A DNA stretch of 64,000 bases, from NCBI RefSeq assembly GCF_963921235.1, contig NC_086118.1, forward strand, positions 29,328,001 through 29,392,000, read 5' to 3'. The notes under the pieces are model-generated. The model was not told the origin of the DNA. It worked only from the letters and a program-made list of their open reading frames with translations, and searched no databases. Source of the DNA: Mobula hypostoma. Taxonomy: Eukaryota. Both the position numbers and the translations under genes were made by a program. This document shows positions 1 to 10,749 of this stretch, one piece after another; the stretch's first letter is position 1, and the number at the start of each line of letters is the position of its first letter.

Positions 1-31
1 TGTTTTCTTACTACTTTTCGTTTTCTTTAAG

Positions 32-151
32 GTTCAAGCACAGCTCTTGCAATTTGCAGCAAAAAACATGGGTCTCAACCCTGCACTATTAGCCTCGCCA
101 ATTAATCCTCAGCATATGACTATGTTAAACCAACTTTATCAGCTGCAGCTG
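32..151 (+). CDS. TNRC6C: TNRC6C/GW182 internal coding exon (gene starts upstream of the window)
   Basis: ttttctttaAG|...|GTaag; 120 nt; VQAQLLQFAAKNMGLNPALLASPINPQHMTMLNQLYQLQL, matching the recalled TNRC6C Q-rich region. Confidence 0.92.
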
Positions 152-712
152 GTAAGTTAGCTTTCCGGAATCTACAACTGCAAGATCATTAGTTTTGGTT
201 AAAAATGTTTTTCATCATGCAGTGCAACAAAGGAATTTTGCACATTTCTTTATCACCTTAACCATACCTCACCATAGCTGTCACACTACCAGTGTAATTA
301 TCAGTGCCTGTTTAACACTTCAATGAATTCTCTGATCTTTTCCTAATTTCTGTCCTTTATTTTCAGTTTCACCGCTTTTGGAAAAAACTTAACTGCTCGG
401 TACAAGTTAGCATGGAAACTTAATATTCCAGTGTAGTGGACTATATCATTTCAGCTTAATGTAACTGAATTTGCCATTGTTGAGTGTGTGTTCTTTTTTT
501 AAAGAACACACAGTGCAAACATTTTACTAAAACCTTTGATCAATTTAAAGTGAAGAAATTGACATGAATTAATCATTCAGCAAATGTTTCGGAATGAATT
601 GAATGAAAATCAAATTTCATTGAAGGGTTAAATTGTTGAAATGGTTCAAGATTTTTTTTGGTATTTTATTCTTAAAATGAAAGAAAAAATCTTTTATACT
701 TTGTCTTTGCAG

Positions 713-796
713 GCCTACCAGCGTTTACTCTTCCAGCAGCAGATGTTACAGGCCCAGCGTAATGTTTCTGGAACCATTAGACAACAAGAGCAGCAA
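713..796 (+). CDS. TNRC6C: TNRC6C coding exon (Q-rich)
   Basis: ttgcAG|...|GTatg; 84 nt, phase 0-0; AYQRLLFQQQMLQAQRNVSGTIRQQEQQ. Confidence 0.92.
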
Positions 797-1606
797 GTAT
801 GTACAGTAAATTCATTAGTTTTTAAGCTAAAAAATAATTCATAGACAACACAGATGCATCAGAAATAACTTGTTTAGCTATTAACATATTTGTGTTAACC
901 TCAGATTTCTCTTCCATTTATCAATATAGGCCAAGTACTTCATATGCTTTCCAAAATTTCAGAAATATACTTTGAGTAAGCATTATGATTGATGAGTGTG
1001 ATCTCATAGAAAGTGATGTATTGTATTGGGGTATGGAAGAACAGACATGGTATATTTGCACTTAATTACAGCCTTTCAATGTATCTTTTTACAATAGGGT
1101 CACTTATGAAAGAGTGAAATTTGAATTATTTTTCAAAAGGCTGTGAACAGAATTGAATGTTGCACTGTCATCAGACATTCCCATGTTCGACCTAGTCATG
1201 GAGCAATAATTTATCTAATTTCCCAAAGGTTTGGTGGAACCAAGTCCTGAGCTTGAGGCTTCCAACTTTCCACACCAATTTTCTTGGTCCTAAATGTGAC
1301 TTCAACAGCCAGTTTAGAAAATTGCCTCTGTATCCTAATGATATAAACTTTACTAGAATTTAAAAGCAGCCACTTTTCATTGCTGGATTTGTTTATATTT
1401 GGACCAAGGCTGACTTGAGATTTGTAAAGTTCCTTGGTGAAACCTAAGCTGAACATAAGTGAGTTATTGGTGGATTGGTGCTGCTTAGTAGTAAAAAAAA
1501 ATTAGATTGCAGGATTTAGTTAGATTTATGAAGTCAGAAAGAGTCGATGATCCATATTAATAAACTTGAATCAGATTTTCATATGAAGTTCATTAACCAG
1601 AACCAT

Positions 1607-2148
1607 TACACTCAATGGCCAGTTTTAGTTACCTGAACACCTGCTTGTTAATGTAAATATCTAATCAGCTAATCATGTGCCAACAACTTAATGCATAAAA
1701 GCATGCAGACCTGTCAAAAGGTTATGTTGTGTTGAGACTAAACATCAGAATGGGAAAAAATTCTGGTCTAAGTCATTTTGACTATGGAATGATTATTGGT
1801 GCCAGGCAAGGTGGTTTGAGTATATCAGAAGCTTCTGATCTACTGGGATTTTCACGCACAACAGTCTCTGAAGTTTACCGAAAATGATGTGGAAAAATAA
1901 AAAAAATCCATGAGCAGCAGTTCTGTGGGCAAAATGCCTTATTAATGAGAGCAGTCAGAGGAGAATGCCCAGACTTGTTCAAGCTGACAGGAAGGCAACA
2001 GTATTTCAAATAACCATGAGTTGCAGCAGTGGTGTGTAGAAGAGCAACTCAGAATGCACAACATGTCAAACCTTAAAGTGGATGTACTACAGCAGCAGAA
2101 GGTCACATTGGGTTCCACTCGTGTACCTAATAAAATGGCACTGAATAT
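1607..2148 (+). mobile_element. Non-autonomous Tc1/mariner element
   Basis: Degenerate TIRs (tacactcaatggccagtttt... / ...tacctaataaaatggcactgaata); internal Tc1 transposase remnant (RLVQADRKATV..IT..., SSRR). Confidence 0.75.
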
Positions 2149-2562
2149 ATTTCTGCATAATACTTCCAGATTTTCTAATTTGATTTCACAATTTTGTATG
2201 CTTGTGTTGCTGCTTAATAGCATTATGTTTGACAGTTTCCGTCACTTTGAACTTTCCAGAGAGTTGTACAACTATTTTTTTAAAAAATTGTAACAAAATT
2301 AAAAAAAATTAAATCCTGTGGTGGGAGCTGATTGTTTAAAAGAACTTGTAAGATAATGTGCACATGGGGGAAATAGTCTGCTGACATAAATAGATCAATG
2401 CCCTTTCCTTGGTTGCAACTTTATCTTTGAGATTTTTAATGTGGAAATATCATTAACAAGTAATAACTTGCATTATTGCTCACATTTTTACCTAAGATAA
2501 AATTTAAGCTTAATTAAATATCCTGGAAATGCGTCAGCTTTATATTAAATTCACTAAAGATT

Positions 2563-3035
2563 ATAAGACCATAAGGCATAGGGGTAGAATTAGGCCACTT
2601 GGTTCACCGGGTCTGCTCCTCCATTTGATCATGACTGATATATTTTCCTTCTCAACTCTGTTCTCCTGTCTTCACCCTTATTAATCAAGAACCTTTCAAC
2701 CTCCCCTTTAAATATACCTGATGATTGGTCCTCCACAACCTTCTGTGGCAATGAATTCTACAGATTTACCACTGCACTAAAGAAATTCTTCCTCATCGCT
2801 GTTCTAAGGGGACATCGTTCTTTTCTGAGGATGTGACTTTGGGTACTAGACTCTCCCACTATTTGAAGTGCCCTCTCCACATACACTCTACCTGGGCCTT
2901 TCAATATTCAGTAGGTTTCATGTTTTAGTTTTCTTCTAAACTCCAGCTAGCGTAGGCCCAGAGCTGCAAAATGCTCTTCATATGTTAACTCTTTCATTTC
3001 ATGGAACATTCTAGTAAACTTCCTCTGTGCCCTCT
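2563..3035 (-). mobile_element. CR1-clade LINE 3' fragment
   Basis: Resembles CR1 3' ends and the similar fragment at 42400-42760 in the opposite orientation. Confidence 0.6.
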
Positions 3036-3316
3036 CCCTTTAAAATAAAGGTTTTGGACTCGCTTAAGATCACGCACTCCATACTTGATATGTATTGAAT
3101 TTGACTGACAGTATTTTAACCACTCCAGTGGTGTGCTTTTCTGTAGGTCTAACTAACCTCTGGCCACACAGAATAAATGTGTATTATTTTACCATGTTCA
3201 ACCTGGTACTGATATTTTTAATCACGTTTAAAGTTACAGTCTAACAACTCACTCTATTCCACTTGATCTCTTTTGTATAGCCATAGATTTGGCCTATGCC
3301 ATTGACTTGAAATGCA

Positions 3317-3542
3317 AGCAACATGCATCAAGTTTACTGGTGAACGCAGCAGGCCAGGCAGCATCTCTAGGAAGAGGTACAGTCGACGTTTCGGGCCGAG
3401 ACCCTTCGTCCATTCGAAGGGTCTCGGCCCGAAATGTCGACTGTACCTCTTCCTGGAGATGCTACCTGGCCTGCTGCGTTCACCAGCAAATTTGATGTGT
3501 GTTGCTTGAATTTCCAGCATCTGCAGGATTCCTCGTGTTTGC
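3317..3542. mobile_element. Foldback insertion derived from a Penelope-like terminal repeat, with 13-bp TSD
   Basis: Arms 3315-3408 and 3415-3508 are near-perfect reverse complements; flanked by gacttgaaatgca at 3304-3316 and 3543-3555; same family as 51921-52152. Confidence 0.8.
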
Positions 3543-4473
3543 GACTTGAAATGCAGTTCTTTCTCTCTTCAGACACTGCCTGATATGTTGAGTATCTTCA
3601 GGTTTCCAGTATCTGCACTTTTAGCTTTAGGATATAGTTGGTGTTCAGTTTCACATCGCAACCTATTATGTGAATAGCATGCTGCGTGTTAACTGAGGAA
3701 CCAAGGTTTCAGAAGATGGGAGCTGTGAAGGGATGAGACTCAAGCTACAGAGGAACGAGAAGATGCAACAAATGCCACACTCTGGCAGAATAGAACCCAG
3801 ACTCCACTCCATCAGCTGAAGTTGTGTGATCCTTGCTTCAGCTCTCAGCTCCATTTAGGGCAACACCCAATTCAGGATTAATCACCAAACATTGGGATTG
3901 ATTGTTGTCTGTTTTATCCAAGTCTGCCACTCAGCCCAGATCCATGTTGAACCATGTTCTTCAAATGGCTCTGAAAGCGACTGCATTGGTCACTAGCAGC
4001 CAGAGTAATTGAAGAGTGAGGGTAGTCAGAACATGACTGGTCTTGAGTTCCTCAGTTTTAATTGTAGCCACTGTATGTAAGCTCAGCAGTAAATATATTC
4101 AGGCGGAATTAGTGTTACTAGTGGGGGAGGAGAGGGTCATATCAAATCAGGAATGTGCACAAGGACAGCATTGTGAACTGAAGGAAGCTAAATGGGGAGG
4201 CAGTCTGTGGAGGTATTTGGCTATGCTGAGAGTTTATATTTGTATCATTAATGATTATACAGGTGAAATATTTTCTTTTGAAGTATTAAAAAATATTACT
4301 GTTACTCTTCATCATAAAATTAAAGCCGCGTTTATATTTTTCAACTGTCACTTCAAGTATTGAAAAGAAATCATTTGTAAAGTTATAAATGTTGGTAATG
4401 GCATCTGCAACTCAAACTTGTAAAATTCCATCTAGTGCTAGAAGTGTGCAACTGCAATAGTGTCCTAGTCATA

Positions 4474-4956
4474 TACCAAGGGTGATTGATAAGTTCGTGG
4501 CCTAAAGTAGAAGGAGTCAATTTTAGAAAACCTAGCACATTTATTTTTCCTACATTTACACACTTAGTCCAGCGGTCGTGTAGCATACCGATCCCTTCTT
4601 TGTAAAGTCGGCGTCTTGGACCTCCAGAAAGCGGCCCACAGCAGGGGTGATTGATAGGTTTATGGCCTGAAGGAGATGAGGAGAAACTTCAAACTTTCTG
4701 CATTTTCACTCAAAGAGTTGAACTGCATGTGCCTGAAGCGAGAGCTGTATAACTCATCTCCCTCTACCTTAGGCCACGAACTTATCAATCACCCCTGCTG
4801 TGGACCACTTCTACAAAGAAGGGATCCGTATGCTTCACGACCGCTGGACTAAGTGTGTACATGTAGGAGTCAACTATATTGAAAACTAAATGTGCTAGGT
4901 TTTCTAAAATTGATTCCTTCTATGTTAGGCCACGAACTTATCAATCACCCCTCATA
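4474..4956. mobile_element. Mariner-derived palindromic MITE
   Basis: TA flanks; TIR gggtgattgataagttcgtggcctaa; arms carry a mariner transposase C-terminus (LHDRWTKCV...). Confidence 0.85.
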
Positions 4957-5141
4957 TGTGTCCAACCAAAGATTGTGGCACCTATTAAGCAATAAAATAC
5001 ACTGCCTAACAAAAAGAGGTGACTCTCATCTTATTTTTAGTTTGTTCCAGCATAAGACTACGTCAGATTCTGGAAATTAATTATGGCTTGTCTTCAAAAC
5101 TCATTATTACCATTTCTGATTGACTTTTTCTTTACTCATAG

Positions 5142-5364
5142 GTTGCACGTACAATCAACAACATGCAGCAGCAGATCCAACAACACCAGCGGCAGCTGAC
5201 CCAGGCCTTGCTTATGAAACAGCAACAACCGCATCCACCATTGCACCCATCTGCAGGCAAAGTAACCATTGATAATCTGAGTCATCATCCACCTCCCAGC
5301 CTTTCTGACCTGCAGACCAAAGAGCAACAAACGTCACCCAATTCTTTCCCTGCATATTCCTTGG
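5142..5364 (+). CDS. TNRC6C: TNRC6C coding exon (end of Q-rich region)
   Basis: catAG|...|GTagg; 223 nt, phase 0-1; VARTINNMQQQIQQHQRQLTQALLMKQQ...DLQTKEQQTSPNSFPAYSL. Confidence 0.9.
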
Positions 5365-6571
5365 GTAGGTACATTGCCAACAAAATAATATCAAACTTGG
5401 GAAAATACATTGGTGATGCATTCACCTCTATCCCTCTTGTCAATTTTGTTTAACCCACAACTAATTTTAATGAAACTTGATTTAATCTTAAGCAAGTTAC
5501 TGTTCATAGGATCCTGCAATGCAAAATAAAAATAACTTGTTTGTCACTGTTGTCACTGTTCGTATCTTTAGAGTGAGCACTGGTCATTAGCAAACATTTC
5601 TTATCATCCTATTCCTCTTTTAAATCCATGTAATTTTTCAAAATTTGATCTCAAATTCTTCCTACATTTATTTGTTTTATTTTTCTAGAATCTGATTCTG
5701 TATTCTTTCTCTGGTACCAGCTATTGCTCTTTTCCTAAAGCTAGTTGGATAAGATAGAAGCTTCTGAATCCCCTCATCTGGCTGTGTAGCATTCCCCAAA
5801 CCAGAGACTTGTATGATGGTGTTTAAAACCAATGGCCGAGGACCACCACTGAGCGTGCTAACACAGAGAAATCTCCAGCTGAGGAGATTTTATGACATCC
5901 AAGATAAAAATATGAAGGAAATAGTAGAATCAGGTGGTCTTTAAACATGAGGAACAGTCAGTGCCAATCCACAGCAATGGCTTTTATCTTCTTCGCCAAC
6001 TGCAATGCAACTTTGAGCCTCAAATCTCCCCATTGAGTGTCTGTGTCCATAATGCCAATCACCCAATGCTCGGTCTCACACAAACCATACGGAGATGCAG
6101 TGCTGTGAGGAGAACCAGTGGAGAACAGGGATTCCTGCCAATTTCCACCAAGTGGTGTACAACAAAGAGGAGACCACAGGTTCACAACACAGTAGTACAT
6201 AGCCCAAGTATAACTTAATGTACAGGTAGTTATATACCTGCAGGTATTTAATCTGGAAGGCTATGACAGCTATAAACATTCATGCTCTAAGGTAGAGCTA
6301 AGCAGTTTGCCTGTGTAATATATCATCTAGAATGAGCAAGGTCATAACTTTACAGTCAATGATTTTATCAGAGGTATTGTTGGGGATGGTCTCAGTTATA
6401 GGATTCAACTAAATATTTTGCTCACATAAAAAAATAATTAGAAGTTCTTGGAGCTGCTCCTGTCGAGATCACAGTGTCGATGATGAAATAATGTGCATGA
6501 TGTGTAAAGGGAATGATTTTCATCAACTTTACTATGCCATTGTTTTGTTTTAATATGCTTTTCACTTGCAG

Positions 6572-6739
6572 CTGGATTGATCCCAAATATGAATGTAAAC
6601 AACATGGAACTAAATGCTGGTATATCCATGAAGGATCCGGCTCAAGCCCAGTCTCGATTGAGGCAGTGGACCCACCCCAACTCTATTGAAAATTTAAGCA
6701 GCAATTCTTTATCGTTGGAGCAGAACCAGACCAAGCATG
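6572..6739 (+). CDS. TNRC6C: TNRC6C coding exon, start of silencing domain (CIM-1 motif QSRLxQW)
   Basis: ttgcAG|...|GTaag; 168 nt, phase 1-1; GLIPNMNVNNME...KDPAQAQSRLRQWTHPNS...QTKH. Confidence 0.92.
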
Positions 6740-6990
6740 GTAAGAGCCCCAAAGGGCAGAGTACTTACTGACCAAGATACTTCATTGGGCAGTTGGCATT
6801 AAAATTATTTTGGTATCTCCACAATTTTCTGTGAGAAATGCAGAATATAATTGTTAGTTTTCAAAAATGTTAGAAATTAGGCTTGGTCCCGATTTATTTC
6901 GTCACTTCTTAAAAGGCTCTAGAATCTATATATACACATTTAAAATGCTGAAAGCATGCTATGTGGTTAATTAAAATTTGAATTAAACAA

Positions 6991-7052
6991 GCCGTCATAT
7001 TGTCACACTAATTCAACGCCGTCATATTGTCACACTGGTTCAATGCCGTCAT
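6991..7052. repeat. 27-bp tandem repeat, about 2.3 copies
   Basis: Unit gccgtcatattgtcacact(aa/gg)ttcaa(c/t). Confidence 0.85.
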
Positions 7053-7439
7053 CAATCCAACTCATTTTCTTGTCTTACACATTCAACTAAAACGGCAGAC
7101 AAACTTGAAAGCATGTAATATGTATTTTTAATCCCTCGAATTTTCTTTGCACATATCAATTGGAGCAATAGGCCGCAGAACATTTTTCAGTTGCAGTATT
7201 TTCAGAGTAATCTGTGATAACTTGTTTTACTTTGCCTGTGAAATTTGTTTAGTTCTAAAGAGCTTTGATGCTGTAATAAAGGAAGTGCTAGATCATCAAA
7301 GACTCGTTCTGAATTACCTCGGCATTTATTTAACTAACTGGGTCTAATTTAGCTACTGCTGAGATTCAGAGTCAGGACCATAGCAAAATGTTTTTATATC
7401 CATGACCTTGCCTTTCTGTCCCACTTAACACATATTCAG

Positions 7440-7631
7440 GTGCTATCCCTGGAGGTCTCAATATTGGTCCAACAAGCAAGCCCTCCCTTGAGGACTCCTA
7501 CAGTCCATATGATCTGATAACCAGCAGTGAGTCACCAGCCAGTCCACCGGTACCAGTCAGTGATAGCTGGACACGTGCCAAATCCCCTGCCGATAAGATC
7601 TCAAATGGCTCCAACATTAACTGGCCACCAG
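7440..7631 (+). CDS. TNRC6C: TNRC6C coding exon, ends in the first half of PAM2 (NINWPP)
   Basis: ttcAG|...|GTaaa; 192 nt, phase 1-1; GAIPGGLNIGP...ESPASPPV..SDSWTRAKSPADKISNGSNINWPP; not in the ORF track, read manually. Confidence 0.92.
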
Positions 7632-9719
7632 GTAAACCCCAAAGATTGGCAAAAATAAAATAGGTGTTAAGAATGTTGTGTTTAACTAAGACCTGTATAT
7701 TTATTACACATTGAAAGAAATTGAAAAGAGCTGCCAAATGTGTCAAAATAGCTTTGCTCAGTAGTGCAAATATTGAAAAATAATGTAAGAAATATGTCAT
7801 TCATTTTCCCCCTTTAATATCTTTGGGGTTAATCCATGCTTTAGGACCTTAAATGGACAATAATTATTGTAAAGAATTCTGAAGACACAGCTGGAATATA
7901 TCAGAGAAGCTAACTTAGTAACAGTCTAACATTTTGGCTTTGGTCTTGACTGATATTCTCTTTGGGGTTCCAGTGCATGCAGTCACATCACAACATAACT
8001 GTATTAAAAAAAATACTGACCTTATGATTTGAATCTAGCCATTTGCTGGGGATTATTTCCAAATTGAGCATGCTGGATATACATTTATAACTGGGTTACA
8101 TTTCCACATGCATATTTGCTGTTCCATTTTTCATAGTAAATTAATATGCCTCTTATTGAGAAATGGGCATTGTGACGTTTTAAATTTGAACTGAATCAAG
8201 ATATGCAGTAAGCATATCCTGGCAACCTAGCTTGATGCAACATTGTTTTATCTATTGTCTTAATAATTTAAAAGCTGTTAGATTCATCTTTTTTAATAAA
8301 TTAGTTTATTAAATACACTGTCTGAATGCCCCATTTTAATATTTCTAATGCATGTACAACTTGGATTCTTTTTACAACCCAGTTGTAAATCAACTTTGCC
8401 TTTACAAAAGGAAAGCCAATGAGCAGCTCTTTCGATAATTGCGATATGGAATAAAAGGGAATCTTTTTTTTAAATGTGCTCCTTTACCAGTGTTAAAACA
8501 AATAATGGTAGGGTAACCTTGATGTTTGAAATATTTTATGGGATAATGGCACCCAAACAAATTGTGTATAAAGCATGTTAAGGTGCATTTCTGTTCAGAA
8601 TGCCACTGTGGTTGAACATAGTTTTGAAATGTAGCCACTATATATTCTTTGTGATGGTTAAAAGACTAATTTGTATTTAATGTTATTGTCTATACTTTCC
8701 ATAAATTAGCAAAACTGATGGCTGCAGGTGTAATGGTTTTGCAGGGCCATTATAGGAGTCTTAACAATGGAGTTCTAACTATTGTGTGTACTAGCCTTTT
8801 ATCTGTCCCAGATATTAAGTAATTTTGTAACTTATTTCATTGCTGTTTATGGGTAATACTATGCAGTAGCTAATTGTAAAAGTTCAAAGTGTTCATGTCC
8901 AGTAACTTTATATCAGCTTATTGCACAGAAAGTGCCACTGCGAAAGCAGAAACCTTTACTCCATACTTGCAGGAAATCAGTACTACTGTTAAATCTAATA
9001 TTTCAGTGAGGTTTTCAGGTCTTAAATGAAGTAGAAATTTCAGCCACTTAGTTGAAGTTAAATGTATTCAAATAATTTAATAGCCTTTTCCAAAAAGTAA
9101 ATATGTTGAATGCAACATAATAGCTATGCAATAAGAACCACATTCTGTAATATTTCAAAATGTCATTGTTGGGAACCTCACTCAGCTTAACCTTACATTG
9201 TGATCTTGTAACTACAGAGCAAGGCACACTAGAGTAGTTGTGGTTTCAGTCCCTGGTCTCTGTTAACTCAGTTCATCTTGGTTAATCTGGCAGTTTACTT
9301 CTGTGCTCCTGTTCAATCAGGATTTTTTTTTCCTTTGATTGCAATACAACGATCACTGCTGGTAGTATTCTTGTATGGACTTCGGGGTTAAACTGAGTCA
9401 GGAATTTTTAAACTCCCAGTTTTTGAAAAGCCTGTCAACGTTCACCATTGTAGCTTATGTGACTAAATCTCAATGAGCTTTCTTGGAAAGTTTCAAAGAG
9501 GGACTGGTAGTTGGGCAGTACTCCAATAAGGTGCCATTGCGTTCAGCTTGAGATAATAAAAAATCAGATGTACATGAAACGTTGATTTTTTTTATTATTA
9601 CTTAGTTTCATAGTTCTTTAAAAACTTCCAATAAAACTTAACAATTAAGCAATAATGTTTGTCTACAAAACTACTAAAAATAATTTACTATTCTAATGCC
9701 TATTTTCTAACTGCTGAAG

Positions 9720-9869
9720 AATTTCGGCCTGGGGAGCCATGGAAAGGACTTCAGAATATTGACCCTGAGACTGACCCCAATGTTACACCTGGGAGTGTCC
9801 CAAGTGGACCTTCCATCAATACTACTATCCGGGATGTGGATCGCTATCTGCTCAGGGACAGGAGTGGAG
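9720..9869 (+). CDS. TNRC6C: TNRC6C coding exon, second half of PAM2
   Basis: tgaAG|...|GTaag; 150 nt, phase 1-1; [50 protein letters not shown]. Confidence 0.93.
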
Positions 9870-10475
9870 GTAAGAAAGCAAAATACACATATTATTGTCA
9901 TTTGCACAAAGAAATTAACTTTTGTGTTCCTTAAGATCTAAAAAGTGAAACAAATGCATTACTTATGTGGAAATAAGCTATGCAATGAATATTATCATTC
10001 CTTGCATCAAAGTTTTACTTTTGAAATCTATTTCATTTGGTTTCAAAACTATTAAATGTATCTGTATATAATTTGGTAATTTTACTTAAATCATTGTGCT
10101 GAAATTGTGTACAAATTGTTAAGATGAGGTTGTTAATACACAAGCGTAAAATTGAAGGACATGGGGAAATTACAGGTATATGTTTAAAACCTCAAATCAT
10201 TGATCTCTTGAATAACAAAGCAAGCTTGAGAGATGAAATGTATACCATTACTGTGCTATGGGAAGACTAGTTTTCAAATGTTTTGCAGAAATTAAGTTTT
10301 CCTGTAACAAAATCACTAATTATTTTCCTGAAATTTAACTATGGTTTCCAGATTCATTTCTGCTACATGATAGGATAGTGGAATTGAAGTGGAAAATCAG
10401 TTATTTTGTAGTACTTTCAAGGGGTACATGTCCTTTTTCTGCTCCACTATCTTTGTTTATTTCATGAGATGTAAG

Positions 10476-10630
10476 TCAGTGGCCACATTATTTGGTACAG
10501 GAGTGGAACCTGCTGTGGTCTTCTGCTACTGGAGCCCATCCTCTTCATCTCTGAATGCACAACATGTCGAACCTTGATCTTCTGTACACCACTGTTGTAA
10601 TGCATGGCTATATAAAGTGGCCACTGAATG
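10476..10630 (-). mobile_element. Short deletion derivative of the Tc1 element at 1607-2148
   Basis: cagtggccacattatttggtac ... taaagtggccactgaatg TIRs; internal sequence is the reverse complement of about 2020-2125. Confidence 0.7.
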
Positions 10631-10632
10631 AC

Positions 10633-10639
10633 GTGTGTG

Positions 10640-10682
<43 letters not shown>
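10633..10682. repeat. (GT)n microsatellite
   Basis: About 25 GT units with one interruption. Confidence 0.95.
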
Positions 10683-10684
<2 letters not shown>

Positions 10685-10749
10685 ATTGCAAGAATATATT
10701 AACACTTCATGATTAACTCAGCGTGGTACACAGTTGTGGCTGTTCCGTC

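Noticed and set aside
3254..3576. Four overlapping ORFs with mirrored peptides
   Set aside because: Artefact of the inverted repeat; no coding evidence
5934..6279. Overlapping 67-94 aa ORFs in the intron
   Set aside because: No recognisable domain, and the TNRC6C exon chain is complete without them
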